NCBI GenBank assembly: GCA_035700365.1
Contig: DASSOQ010000005.1
Span: 1-57,961 of the forward strand
DNA length: 57,961 nucleotides
From: Rhodanobacteraceae bacterium
GTDB lineage: Bacteria; Pseudomonadota; Gammaproteobacteria; Xanthomonadales; Rhodanobacteraceae
Reading direction: 5' to 3'
Positions 1 through 8,554 of this stretch are shown here, in pieces; position 1 is the first letter of the stretch; each line of letters opens with the position of its first letter. Under the pieces are notes generated by a model. The model saw only the letters and a program-made list of their open reading frames with translations. It was not told the DNA's origin and ran no database searches. The translations under genes were made by a program, and so were the position numbers.

Positions 1-183
1 AATGATTGGCCCCCACACGCGATGACACCATGCGAGGCCAGAGTCCAAACCCATGGCTCACCCACAGGCCGAATAGATGAACGCAACGTCCGTGTTCTTG
101 CAAAAAAGTGCTTGCAACCGGGGAGGAGTCCATAGATGACACGGAAGTTCGTGACGCTCTCGCGAACCCTGGATCCGGGGGCT

Positions 184-873
184 TCAAGGCCGCCAGCGGT
201 AACCCACGCCGTGCACCGTCTCGATCGCGTCGAATTCCGGATCGATGGCCAGGAATTTCCTGCGGATGCGTTTGATGTGCGAGGTGATGGTGGCATCGTC
301 CACCACCAGTTCGGCGTCGCGCATCAACTGGTCGCGGTTCTTCACGTGGCCGGGAAACCGCAGCAGCGTGTGCACCATCCAGAACTCGGTGACGGTCAGC
401 GGCACCTCGACTTCGTTCCAGGTAACGCGCATGCGTTCGGCTTCGAGTTTCAGCGGGCCGTGCTCGACCACGGTTTCGGCGGCAGCCGGCGCCTTCTGCG
501 ATTCGGCCCGGCGAAACAGTGCACCGATGCGCGCGGCGAGCTGGTGGAAGCTGATGTCCTTGCTGAGGTAATCGTCGGCGCCCAGGCGCAACCCCGAGAT
601 CACGTCGAAATCGGAATCCCGTGCGGTCAGGAAGATGATGGGCAAGGTCGCCGAGCGCGCGCGCAGCTCGCGGCACAGGTCGAAGCCACCCTCGGGCTCG
701 TCACCCAGGCCGATGTCGATGATCACCAGCTCGGGCATGCGGTTGGCGAAGGCGCCCGAGGCCTCGCTGCGCGAGGCAAACCCGTGCACGTCGTAGCCGA
801 AGCGCGACAGCGCCTCGACGTAATTGGCGCGGATGGAGGGTTCGTCCTCGACGATGGCAATGGCCCGGGCCAT
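184..873 (-). CDS. OmpR/PhoB-family response regulator (receiver + winged-helix output domain)
   Basis: ORF 184..1260(-) trimmed to the internal ATG at 873, which has AAGGAG 6 nt upstream. Receiver pattern (IAIVEDEP, VIIDIGLGD, IIFLTARDSD) is followed by a trans_reg_C-like C-terminus (PLTVTEFWMVHTLL, GVGYRW). No kinase gene is visible next to it. Confidence 0.85.
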   Translation of the reverse strand: MARAIAIVEDEPSIRANYVEALSRFGYDVHGFASRSEASGAFANRMPELVIIDIGLGDEPEGGFDLCRELRARSATLPIIFLTARDSDFDVISGLRLGADDYLSKDISFHQLAARIGALFRRAESQKAPAAAETVVEHGPLKLEAERMRVTWNEVEVPLTVTEFWMVHTLLRFPGHVKNRDQLMRDAELVVDDATITSHIKRIRRKFLAIDPEFDAIETVHGVGYRWRP

Positions 874-1374
874 TCGGTGCTCCTTGGATTCATCCTGCCC
901 CTCGCAACGGGGCGCCGAGGGCGAGCGTGCGTCATACGCCCACCGCGCGCAAGTCCCCTCCGGCGCTGTCAGAAATTTGCCACAAATCGTCCGCCGGTTG
1001 CCCTTGACCTGCCCCGTGTCCGGCGCCCGCACCCGGCCAAATGACTGCCGTCGGTACTCCTGCCGTGGATGTCGACTGTAGAACACCCCCGCGCTGGCGC
1101 CGGAGACGCGCCGGCCACTGACACCGGAAGGCGTCCAGCGCGGTGGACCACACGCAGTTCGAGGCGCACTCTCTCCCGCCTCATGTTTCGTTCCTCTCCT
1201 GGTCGGCCGCGGTCTCGATGCGCAAGCATCGAGGCCGTTGGTCTTTGTTTGTGCATTCATCCATGAACGCCGCTCCGATCAGTACCTGCCAGCATCCAAG
1301 CCGATCGCGCTCTGACAGTCCACCTCGCCCATCCATGGGCTGACTTGCACCAACAGCCGCTTCGCCTGGAACAC

Positions 1375-2043
1375 TCAACCCGCTGCTTTGCGCATCGCCA
1401 TGACCGTGGCCTTGTAGTCATCGCTGCCGAAAATCGCGGAACCCGCGACAAAGGCATCCGCGCCAGCGCGTGCGATGTCACCGATGTTGTCCACCTTCAC
1501 TCCGCCATCGACTTCGAGGTGGATCGCCCGTCCGCTGCGGTCGATGACTTTGCGCGCACGATTCAATTTTTCCAGGGCCGACGGAATGAACGACTGCCCG
1601 CCGAAACCCGGGTTCACGCTCATCACCAGCACGATATCGACCTTGTCGAGCACGTAGTCCAGCCAGTCCAGCGGCGTTGCCGGATTGAACACCAGCCCGG
1701 CCTTGCAGCCGTGTTCGCGGATCAGCGAAAGAGTGCGGTCCACGTGGCGCGCGGCTTCCGGATGGAAGCTGATCGAGGTGGCGCCGGCTTTGGCAAAGTC
1801 CGGCACGATCCTGTCCACCGGCTCGACCATCAGGTGCACGTCCATCGGCGCGGTGATGCCGTAATCGCGCAACGCCTTCAGCACCATCGGCCCGATCGTC
1901 AAGTTGGGCACGTAGTGGTTGTCCATCACGTCGAAGTGGATCCAGTCGGCGCCGGCATCGATGACGGCATCGACTTCCGCGCCCAGCCTGGCGAAATCGG
2001 CGGAAAGGATGGAGGGGGCGATGATGCAGGGCTGCTTGGCCAT
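1375..2043 (-). CDS. rpe: ribulose-phosphate 3-epimerase
   Basis: Full-length 222-aa ORF with [28 protein letters not shown] and [10 protein letters not shown] motifs characteristic of Rpe. Confidence 0.95.
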   Translation of the reverse strand: MAKQPCIIAPSILSADFARLGAEVDAVIDAGADWIHFDVMDNHYVPNLTIGPMVLKALRDYGITAPMDVHLMVEPVDRIVPDFAKAGATSISFHPEAARHVDRTLSLIREHGCKAGLVFNPATPLDWLDYVLDKVDIVLVMSVNPGFGGQSFIPSALEKLNRARKVIDRSGRAIHLEVDGGVKVDNIGDIARAGADAFVAGSAIFGSDDYKATVMAMRKAAG

Positions 2044-2053
2044 GGAATTCCCT

Positions 2054-2078
2054 TGTAGGAGCCGGCCTGCCGGCGACC
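2054..2078. repeat. REP-type palindromic element (TGTAGGAGC-GCCGGC-CT-GCCGGC-GAC)
   Basis: Intergenic, between the rpe start and the djlA stop. It has the same head (TGYAGGAGC), GC hairpin and tail (CGACC) as the copy at 4820..4844, and resembles Pseudomonas/Xanthomonas REP sequences. Confidence 0.5.
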
Positions 2079-2121
2079 TCGATGGAGGGGGCGACGAGCC
2101 GGTTCGCGCGCAAACGGACGC

Positions 2122-2934
2122 CTACCGGAACCCCCGCTCCGATTGTATGCGTTCCCACGCCGCGTTGATTTCGCTGGCGCGCGCTTCGGCGCGCCGCCGC
2201 AAGTCCTCCGGCATGTTGCCGAGACGGTCCGGATGGAACTCGCTGATCAGCTTGCGGTAGGCACGCTTGATGGTGCGCTCGTCGGCCTCGCGCGGTACGC
2301 CCAGCACGGCGTAGGGATCCGGGCCGCTGCTGCGCGGCGGGGGCCGGTAGCCCTGCTGCGAATACGCGCCGGACTGCGCCCATTCGCCCGGCCGCGGCCC
2401 CGTGTTCCAGGCGAAACCCTTCATCGCCAGCAGCGCCACCAGCTGGATTTCGCTGATGCGCAGCGAAAACGCCACGCGCTTCAGCACGCGCAGCTTTTCG
2501 TCGGTCAACGGACCATCGGCCATCGCCACGTCGCACAGCATGTCCAGGAATGGCATCACCGAGCTGCGCCGCGGCAGGCACCATGAGCGCAAATCCACCA
2601 GCGAGCCGGAAAGATCGAAACCGGGCGCCTTGCCCCTGTTGAACGCATCGATCGCGCGGCGTCGCCACAGCGCGTCCAGTTCCAGGCGCGTCATCAGTCT
2701 CTCGGCGATCGCGACTTCGGCTTCGGACACGCGCCCATCGCTCTTGGCGAGCGTGCCCATGATCGCGAACAACGGCTCGACGTAGCCATCCTTGCCGCCG
2801 GTGCGCGTCAATCCGCCGAGCCAGCCGCTGTCGAACACCAGGTGCCCGATCACCAGCCCGATCAGCGCGCCGCCGAAATCCCGCGTCACCACCAAGCCGA
2901 TCACGAAGCCGATCAGCTTCCCCCAGATCCTCAT
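2122..2934 (-). CDS. djlA: co-chaperone DjlA (membrane-anchored J-domain protein)
   Basis: Only the last 270 codons of shadow ORF 2122..4317(-) are used. They show an N-terminal TM segment (LIGFVIGLVV...LIGLVIGHLVF), a TerB-like middle, and a C-terminal J domain (DPYAVLGV...AYRKLISEFHPDRL). The ATG at 2934 overlaps the stop of the upstream cytochrome c gene (ATGA). Confidence 0.85.
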   Translation of the reverse strand: MRIWGKLIGFVIGLVVTRDFGGALIGLVIGHLVFDSGWLGGLTRTGGKDGYVEPLFAIMGTLAKSDGRVSEAEVAIAERLMTRLELDALWRRRAIDAFNRGKAPGFDLSGSLVDLRSWCLPRRSSVMPFLDMLCDVAMADGPLTDEKLRVLKRVAFSLRISEIQLVALLAMKGFAWNTGPRPGEWAQSGAYSQQGYRPPPRSSGPDPYAVLGVPREADERTIKRAYRKLISEFHPDRLGNMPEDLRRRAEARASEINAAWERIQSERGFR

Positions 2935-3266
2935 GGACTCCCCGCCTGGCCGGGCTTGCACGGCGGCTGCGCGGAAAACCATCGCGCCAGCGCCTGCACG
3001 TCCTTTTCGGTGAGCGGCCCCGCCGCCGCGCGCATCACCGCGGCCTTGCGCCCGCCATCGCGGTACGCGTGCAATGCCTGCAGCAGGTACGGGTACGGCT
3101 GACCGGCAAGATTGGGCGCGCCGGGGATGCGCGCGTAGCCGTCTTCGCCATGGCATGCCGCGCACAGGCCGAGCTGCGCGGGCGGGGCCGGTACTGCGGC
3201 CGCGGCCTGTGCGAGCGCCAACGGTGTGGCCGCGCACAGCAGGATCATCGAAGGCAATTTGCGCAT
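2931..3266 (-). CDS. small periplasmic class I c-type cytochrome
   Basis: Signal peptide [21 protein letters not shown], a single CAACH haem-binding motif, and a mature size of about 90 aa. Translationally coupled to djlA. Confidence 0.75.
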   Translation of the reverse strand: MRKLPSMILLCAATPLALAQAAAAVPAPPAQLGLCAACHGEDGYARIPGAPNLAGQPYPYLLQALHAYRDGGRKAAVMRAAAGPLTEKDVQALARWFSAQPPCKPGQAGSP

Positions 3267-3339
3267 CCGGCAAGTTTATCAGCGGCCATGCACGCACCGG
3301 ATCGCTACAATGCGCGTTTTCCGTCTGCGGAGCGCCGCC

Positions 3340-4236
3340 GTGCCGACCACCCTGCTCGAATCCGACCTGCCCGGTCTCGAACTCCTGCACCGCGGCAAGG
3401 TGCGCGACGTGTATGCGCTGCCGGGCGATCGCCTGCTGATCGTCGCGACCGATCGCCTGTCGGCATTCGACGTGGTGTTGCCCGATCCGATCCCCGGCAA
3501 GGGCGAAATGCTGTGCCAGATTTCGAACTTCTGGTTCGACAAGACCGCGCACCTGGTGCCGAACCATTTGACCGGCACGCCGGTCGCGGACGTGCTGCCC
3601 ACGGGCGTCGATCCGAAACTCTACGAAAAACGCGCGGTGGTGGTGAAGCGTCTGAAGGCCGTGCCGGTCGAGGCGATCGCGCGCGGCTACCTGATCGGAT
3701 CGGGCTGGAAGGATTACCAGAAGTCGGGATCGCTCTGCGGCATCGCATTGCCCAAAGGCCTGCAACAGGCACAGCAATTGCCCGAGGCCATCTTCACGCC
3801 GTCCACCAAGGCGCCCAAGGGTACCCACGACGAAAACATCGGCTTCGACGAGGTGGTGAAACTGGTCGGCACCGATCTCGCGACGCAGGTGCGCGATGCG
3901 ACGCTCGCAATCTACAAGTTCGCGGCCGCATACGCCGCGGAGCGCGGCATCATCATCGCCGACACCAAATTCGAGTTCGGCACCGATGCGGGCGGCAAAC
4001 TGTACGTGATGGACGAAATGCTGACGCCGGATTCTTCGCGCTTCTGGCCGGCCGACCAGTACAAGGTCGGCATCAGCCCACCGTCGTACGACAAGCAGTT
4101 CGTCCGGGACTACCTGGAAACGCTGGACTGGGACAAGCGCGCGCCCGGCCCGAAGCTGCCGCGCGAAGTCATCGACGGCACCGCTGCGAAATACGCCGAG
4201 GCGCTGAAGAAACTGGCCGGCATCACCGTCACCTGA
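3340..4236 (+). CDS. purC: phosphoribosylaminoimidazole-succinocarboxamide (SAICAR) synthase
   Basis: [16 protein letters not shown] and ADTKFEFG motifs. The GTG at 3340 has GGAG about 8 nt upstream and gives the usual N-terminus ([12 protein letters not shown]). The ATG at 3310 is an in-frame alternative. Confidence 0.9.
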   Translation: MPTTLLESDLPGLELLHRGKVRDVYALPGDRLLIVATDRLSAFDVVLPDPIPGKGEMLCQISNFWFDKTAHLVPNHLTGTPVADVLPTGVDPKLYEKRAVVVKRLKAVPVEAIARGYLIGSGWKDYQKSGSLCGIALPKGLQQAQQLPEAIFTPSTKAPKGTHDENIGFDEVVKLVGTDLATQVRDATLAIYKFAAAYAAERGIIIADTKFEFGTDAGGKLYVMDEMLTPDSSRFWPADQYKVGISPPSYDKQFVRDYLETLDWDKRAPGPKLPREVIDGTAAKYAEALKKLAGITVT

Positions 4237-4306
4237 TTTCGACCACCGTCGCGCGGCGCGCGCGGATGGCGTAGATTGAGTACGGGGCCACCCGAGCGAG
4301 GCTGCG

Positions 4307-4771
4307 ATGCGCGACATCCACGAATGGTTCGGCAGCTATGCCGCCGATCACAAGAACGCGACCAACCGCGCGATCCACTGGGTATGCGTGCCCGTGATCA
4401 TGTGGTGCGTGATCGCGGCACTCTGGACAGTGCCCGTGATTCCGCAATGGATGAAGCCGGGCTTCTGGGCGGCGTCCGCGATGTTCCTCGCGTTCCTGTT
4501 TTACTACCGCCTGTCGCGCAAACTCGGACTCGCGATGGTGCTGGTGTTCCTGGTCAGCGGCGCGATCGCGTGGGCACTGTATGGCGCACTCGGGCCGCGC
4601 AACCTGCTGATGCTCGCCGCGGTGCTGTTCGTGCTGGCGTGGATCGGGCAGTTCATCGGACACGCGATCGAGGGCCGTCGCCCCGCGTTCCTCACCAACG
4701 TCGTGCAACTGCTGATCGGTCCCGCGTGGCTGATGGGCAAGCTGATGCGCCGTCTGGGCATTGCGTATTGA
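4307..4771 (+). CDS. DUF962 / Mpo1-like small membrane protein
   Basis: 154 aa with four hydrophobic helices. HKNATNRAIHW and GHAIEGRRPAF resemble the DUF962 (YGL010w/Mpo1-like) family. Confidence 0.7.
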   Translation: MRDIHEWFGSYAADHKNATNRAIHWVCVPVIMWCVIAALWTVPVIPQWMKPGFWAASAMFLAFLFYYRLSRKLGLAMVLVFLVSGAIAWALYGALGPRNLLMLAAVLFVLAWIGQFIGHAIEGRRPAFLTNVVQLLIGPAWLMGKLMRRLGIAY

Positions 4772-4819
4772 GGTCGCCTGCAGGCAGGCCTCCACGAAAC
4801 GCATGCCACGATAGTGCTT

Positions 4820-4844
4820 TGCAGGAGCGCGCCTGCGCGCGACC
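4820..4844. repeat. REP-type palindromic element (TGCAGGAGC-GCGCGC-CT-GCGCGC-GAC)
   Basis: Lies between the convergent DUF962 and nuclease genes. Second copy of the element at 2054..2078. Confidence 0.5.
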
Positions 4845-4869
4845 CAAACCTGCAGGCACGAGACGCCTC

Positions 4870-5685
4870 TCAGCCCTTCGCAAGATCGTGGTTGAGCAGG
4901 GCCGCCAGCCGCGCGCCGGCCTGCCGCAAACGCTGTTCGGCGATTGGCAGTTCGCGCTCCACGTAGGCCGCATCGATGCGTCGCGACGATGGATACACGC
5001 CATCGTCGCGGTCGATTCGGCAGCTTTCCTCGGCCCATTGGATCGGCGTTCCCCCGGTCGCGACCGGCGTCCGTTCGGCGGCAAGCTTGTCCGTGAATTG
5101 CGCCGCCGACAGATGCATGGAATCAAGCATCAGTGAATCCCAGACGTGATGCAGGTTGGTGCCGTGGCCACGCCAGCGCACCTGGAAATCGTTGCCGCCC
5201 GCATCGTGGCGGTAACCCGCATGCAGCGGCTGGTGGACGTCGCCGACGAAATGCACCACGAACGCCAGCGCCTCGGCACGCTCGGCAGGCGGATTGGCGC
5301 GGTTTGCGAGGATCGCCGAATATCTGTCGATGGCCGCCACCGCGCATTTGCCGTCACGGCACTCGCGCGGTGGATCGTAGAGGCAGTCGCGCGAATGGAA
5401 GTTGACGAAATGCATGCGCCTGGTGTGCCGGAACAATTCCGGATCGCTGTCGCGCAGGTCGTCGGCCCAGTTGGCGATATCGTCGAGGTGCTGCATACCG
5501 CGCACGGCCAGCAGTTTCTGCACGGCCGCGCGCGCCTGCGGCGTCAACTGCGCCTCGGCCAGTTCCGCCACGATCCGGTGCCCGCGCGGCCCCCAAGCCC
5601 ACGCCATCGGCGTGCACACCAGCGTCGCCAGCAGTGCTGCCGTGAGCCTACCGGCGACGCGCCGGGTGTGTAAACGAACCCGCAT
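4870..5685 (-). CDS. secreted S1/P1-family nuclease
   Basis: Trimmed to the ATG at 5685. A signal peptide ends ...PMAWA, then the mature protein begins [25 protein letters not shown] and LHHVWD zinc-ligand motifs match S1/P1 nucleases. Confidence 0.85.
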   Translation of the reverse strand: MRVRLHTRRVAGRLTAALLATLVCTPMAWAWGPRGHRIVAELAEAQLTPQARAAVQKLLAVRGMQHLDDIANWADDLRDSDPELFRHTRRMHFVNFHSRDCLYDPPRECRDGKCAVAAIDRYSAILANRANPPAERAEALAFVVHFVGDVHQPLHAGYRHDAGGNDFQVRWRGHGTNLHHVWDSLMLDSMHLSAAQFTDKLAAERTPVATGGTPIQWAEESCRIDRDDGVYPSSRRIDAAYVERELPIAEQRLRQAGARLAALLNHDLAKG

Positions 5686-5806
5686 GGCGACTCCCCGCAA
5701 AAGCGCCAGTTTGCCACGCGCGCAGCCGCCTTCGGCCATGAAACCAAGGTTGAAACAGGCTAAAATTGCGGTTTCATCCACACGGCTTTCCGCAAAGGAC
5801 CACACC

Positions 5807-6817
5807 ATGGCGATCAAGGTCGCGATCAACGGCTACGGCCGCATCGGCCGCAACATCCTGCGTGCGCTGTACGAATCCAACCGCACCGGCGCGATCAGGA
5901 TCGTCGCGATCAACGACCTGGGCGACGCCGAAACCAACGCGCACCTGACGCAATACGACACCGCGCACGGCAAGTTCCCCGGCACGGTCAGCGTCGAAGG
6001 CGGCGACCTGGTCGTCAACGGCGACCGCATCAAGGTGTGTGCCGAGCGCGATCCGTCAAAGCTGCCGTGGAAGGAACTCGGCGTCGACATCGTGATCGAA
6101 TCGACCGGCCTGTTCACCAAACGCGACAAGGCCGCGGCGCACCTTGCCGCGGGCGCGAAGAAGGTGATCATCTCGGCGCCCGGCACCGAAGTCGACGGCA
6201 CCTTCGTGTTCGGCGTCAACGAGGACAAGATCAAGCCTACCGACACCATCATCTCGAACGCATCGTGCACCACCAACTGCCTGGCGCCGCTGGCCAAGGT
6301 GCTGCACGAGAAGATCGGCATCGTGCACGGCCTGATGACCACGATCCACGCCTACACCAACGACCAGGTGCTGACCGACGTGTTCCACAAGGACCTGCGC
6401 CGTGCGCGCTCGGCGACCCACAGCCAGATCCCGACCAAGACCGGCGCCGCCGTCGCGGTGGGCCTGGTGCTGCCGGAACTGAACGGCCGCCTGGACGGCT
6501 TTTCGATGCGCATCCCGACCATCAACGTGTCGTGCGTCGACCTGACCTTTGTCGCCAGGCGCGAAACCAGCAAGGAAGAAATCGACGCCGTGATCAACGC
6601 AGCCGCGAACGGCAAGCTGAAGGGCGTGATGGCCGTCAACACCAAGCCGCTGGTGTCGATCGACTTCAACCACAACCCCGCTTCGTGCACCTATGACGCG
6701 ACGCAGACCCGCGTGATGGGCGGCACCTTCGTCAAGGTGCTCGGCTGGTACGACAACGAGTGGGGTTTCTCCAACCGTATGCTCGACATGACCGAGGCGT
6801 TCGCGAACGCGAAGTGA
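5807..6817 (+). CDS. gap: type I glyceraldehyde-3-phosphate dehydrogenase
   Basis: [28 protein letters not shown] and WYDNEWGFS motifs. Trimmed from ORF 5402..6817 to the ATG at 5807. Confidence 0.95.
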   Translation: MAIKVAINGYGRIGRNILRALYESNRTGAIRIVAINDLGDAETNAHLTQYDTAHGKFPGTVSVEGGDLVVNGDRIKVCAERDPSKLPWKELGVDIVIESTGLFTKRDKAAAHLAAGAKKVIISAPGTEVDGTFVFGVNEDKIKPTDTIISNASCTTNCLAPLAKVLHEKIGIVHGLMTTIHAYTNDQVLTDVFHKDLRRARSATHSQIPTKTGAAVAVGLVLPELNGRLDGFSMRIPTINVSCVDLTFVARRETSKEEIDAVINAAANGKLKGVMAVNTKPLVSIDFNHNPASCTYDATQTRVMGGTFVKVLGWYDNEWGFSNRMLDMTEAFANAK

Positions 6818-6845
6818 CCTGGACGGTCTTCCCAAGCCGATTTTT

Positions 6846-6959
6846 CCCTTCCAAAGGAAGGGTCGAAGCCGCCGCAAGGCGGCATTCGTGGGAATGCAGC
6901 GGAGACGTCAGCCTTCTCCCAAAAGCCATCTGCCTCAATCCCCCTTCCTTCGGAAGGGG
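6846..6959. repeat. about 110-bp three-hairpin intergenic repeat, copy A
   Basis: Hairpins are CCCTTCC-AAA-GGAAGGG (6846-6862), GCCGCC-GCAA-GGCGGC (6868-6883) and CCCCTTCC-TTC-GGAAGGGG (6941-6959). It aligns with 12810..12911, including the shared core AGCCATC.-CCTCAATCCCCCTTC. Lies between convergent gap and tpx. Confidence 0.6.
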
Positions 6960-6998
6960 AAGCCAGGCGAGGTCCTCTGCAAGAGCAGGAAATCGCGG

Positions 6999-7499
6999 TC
7001 AGCCGAGCGCCTTCAGCGCGGCGGCGTAATCCGGTTCTTGGGTGATTTCGTCCACCATCTGCGCGTGGATCACTTGGTCGTGTTCGTCTAGCACCACCAC
7101 TGCGCGCGCGGCAAGACCGGCCAGCGGACCATCGGTCATCGCGACACCATAGTCTTTCAGGAATTCACGCCCGCGCATCAGCGACAGCATGGTGACGTTT
7201 TCGATCCCCTCGGCGCCGCAGAAACGCGCCTGCGCGAACGGCAGGTCCGCGGAAATGCAGAGCACGACGGCGTTCTTCAGGCCCGCCGCATCCTTGTTGA
7301 AGTGCCGCACCGAGGCCGCGCACACGCCGGTGTCCACGCTCGGGAAAATATTCAGGACCTTGCGTCTGCCGGCGAAGTCGGCCAGCGTCTTTTCGGAAAG
7401 GTCGCCCGCGATCAGCCTGAACGCCGGCGCCTTGTCGCCGGCTTTCGGAAACTGGCCGTCTACCTGGACGGGATTGCCCTTGAATTTCGTGCCGGACAT
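6999..7499 (-). CDS. tpx: thiol peroxidase (atypical 2-Cys peroxiredoxin)
   Basis: 166 aa with [12 protein letters not shown] and [16 protein letters not shown] motifs. AAGGAG RBS. Confidence 0.92.
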   Translation of the reverse strand: MSGTKFKGNPVQVDGQFPKAGDKAPAFRLIAGDLSEKTLADFAGRRKVLNIFPSVDTGVCAASVRHFNKDAAGLKNAVVLCISADLPFAQARFCGAEGIENVTMLSLMRGREFLKDYGVAMTDGPLAGLAARAVVVLDEHDQVIHAQMVDEITQEPDYAAALKALG

Positions 7500-7586
7500 G
7501 GTCTGCTCCTTCTGAATGCGTAGGGGAAACGGTGGCCCGGGGTGCCGGGCCTCCGGCCAGTCTAGCCGACGGGGATCAAGGCGGCG

Positions 7587-7940
7587 TCACGCTGCATTGG
7601 ACGATTTGGAGACTCCTCCGCGCTCAAGCAACGGCAGCTTGTCGGGAATGCCGTCCCACAGGTCGGCACCTTCCAGCGCGGGAATCTTGCCGGCGATCAC
7701 CGGCCACTGTTTGGCGAGCTCGGCGTTGATCGCGAGGTATTTCTCCTGCCCCTTCGGCACATCCATTTCCGGGAAGATGGCGAACACCGGACACTCGGCC
7801 ACGCACAGGGTGCAATCGATGCACTCGTCGGGATCGATCACCAGGAAATTGGGGCCTTCGTGGAAGCAATCGACCGGGCACACCTCGACGCAATCGGTGT
7901 ACTTGCAGTTGATGCAGTTGTCGGTGACGACGTGGGTCAT
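7587..7940 (-). CDS. fdxA: 7Fe ferredoxin (3Fe-4S/4Fe-4S), FdxA type
   Basis: Trimmed to the ATG at 7940. Starts [26 protein letters not shown], followed by [12 protein letters not shown]. Confidence 0.9.
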   Translation of the reverse strand: MTHVVTDNCINCKYTDCVEVCPVDCFHEGPNFLVIDPDECIDCTLCVAECPVFAIFPEMDVPKGQEKYLAINAELAKQWPVIAGKIPALEGADLWDGIPDKLPLLERGGVSKSSNAA

Positions 7941-8060
7941 GACCACGGCTCCATGACGAGGATACGCATGCACTTTGCGCCGATGGCGGTCGCGCGGCAT
8001 TGATGCGCATCATTGATGCAGGTCATGGCCCGCTGCAACCCGGCGCGCGACGCTGCCTGC

Positions 8061-8495
8061 ATGCCGAACGCCATTCCCGCAACGCTGGACGAAACACGGC
8101 TCGCCACGCTGGTCGACCGCTTCTACGACAAGGTGCGCGCCGACCCGTTGCTCGGGCCGGTCTTCAATCCGCGGATCGACGACTGGGACGCGCACAAGGT
8201 TTTGATGACGTCGTTCTGGGCAACCGTGGCGCTGCGCAGCGGACACTACCGTGGCAGCCCGCTGGCGAAACACCAGCCGCTGGCCATCGGCGCCGGACAC
8301 TTCCAGCGCTGGCTGGCGCTGTGGCGGGAAACGGCGGGCGAGGTGCTGGATGTCGAATCCGCGGCGCTGATGACCGGCTACGCCGAACGCATCGGCTACG
8401 GCATGCGTGTCGGCATGGGATTGAGCGGGCATCTGCGCGGACGCGAATCCGGCATTGCCATCCGTGCGCGGCAGGCCGCCGCGACCGCGCACTGA
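8061..8495 (+). CDS. group III truncated haemoglobin-like globin
   Basis: LVDRFYDKVRADPLLGPVF...FWATVALRSGHYRGSPLAKH...HFQRWLALW resembles Ctb-type trHb. The start could be 8013 or 8061. Confidence 0.75.
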   Translation: MPNAIPATLDETRLATLVDRFYDKVRADPLLGPVFNPRIDDWDAHKVLMTSFWATVALRSGHYRGSPLAKHQPLAIGAGHFQRWLALWRETAGEVLDVESAALMTGYAERIGYGMRVGMGLSGHLRGRESGIAIRARQAAATAH

Positions 8496-8554
8496 ACTTC
8501 GCTGTCCGCCGTATCGAGGGACTCGCGCTTCGGGTGAATCCGCGATTTGCCAAT

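Noticed and set aside
97-117. CTTGCAA-N7-CTTGCAA downstream of the response-regulator gene as a terminator or regulator-binding site.
   Set aside because: Only a 6-bp self-complementary TTGCAA pairing is possible. There is no proper U-tract and the 14-bp repeat period is not typical of OmpR-family boxes. The evidence is too weak.
1-133. Open frame on the minus strand starting at the ATG at 133-131 and running off the left edge, and an open plus-strand frame at 1-135.
   Set aside because: Third-codon positions are A/T-rich, unlike every confident gene here. The translations have no motifs. The region is probably non-coding.
2122-4317. 731-aa ORF treated as a single gene.
   Set aside because: Only the last 270 codons look like a protein (DjlA). 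The upstream part is antisense to purC and out of frame with the cytochrome c gene.
7534-7551. Hairpin GGCCCGG-GGTG-CCGGGCC as the fdxA terminator.
   Set aside because: The stem is only 7 bp and the downstream tract on the minus strand (ACCGTTTCCCC) is a poor U-tract. It is plausible but not strong enough to list as a feature.
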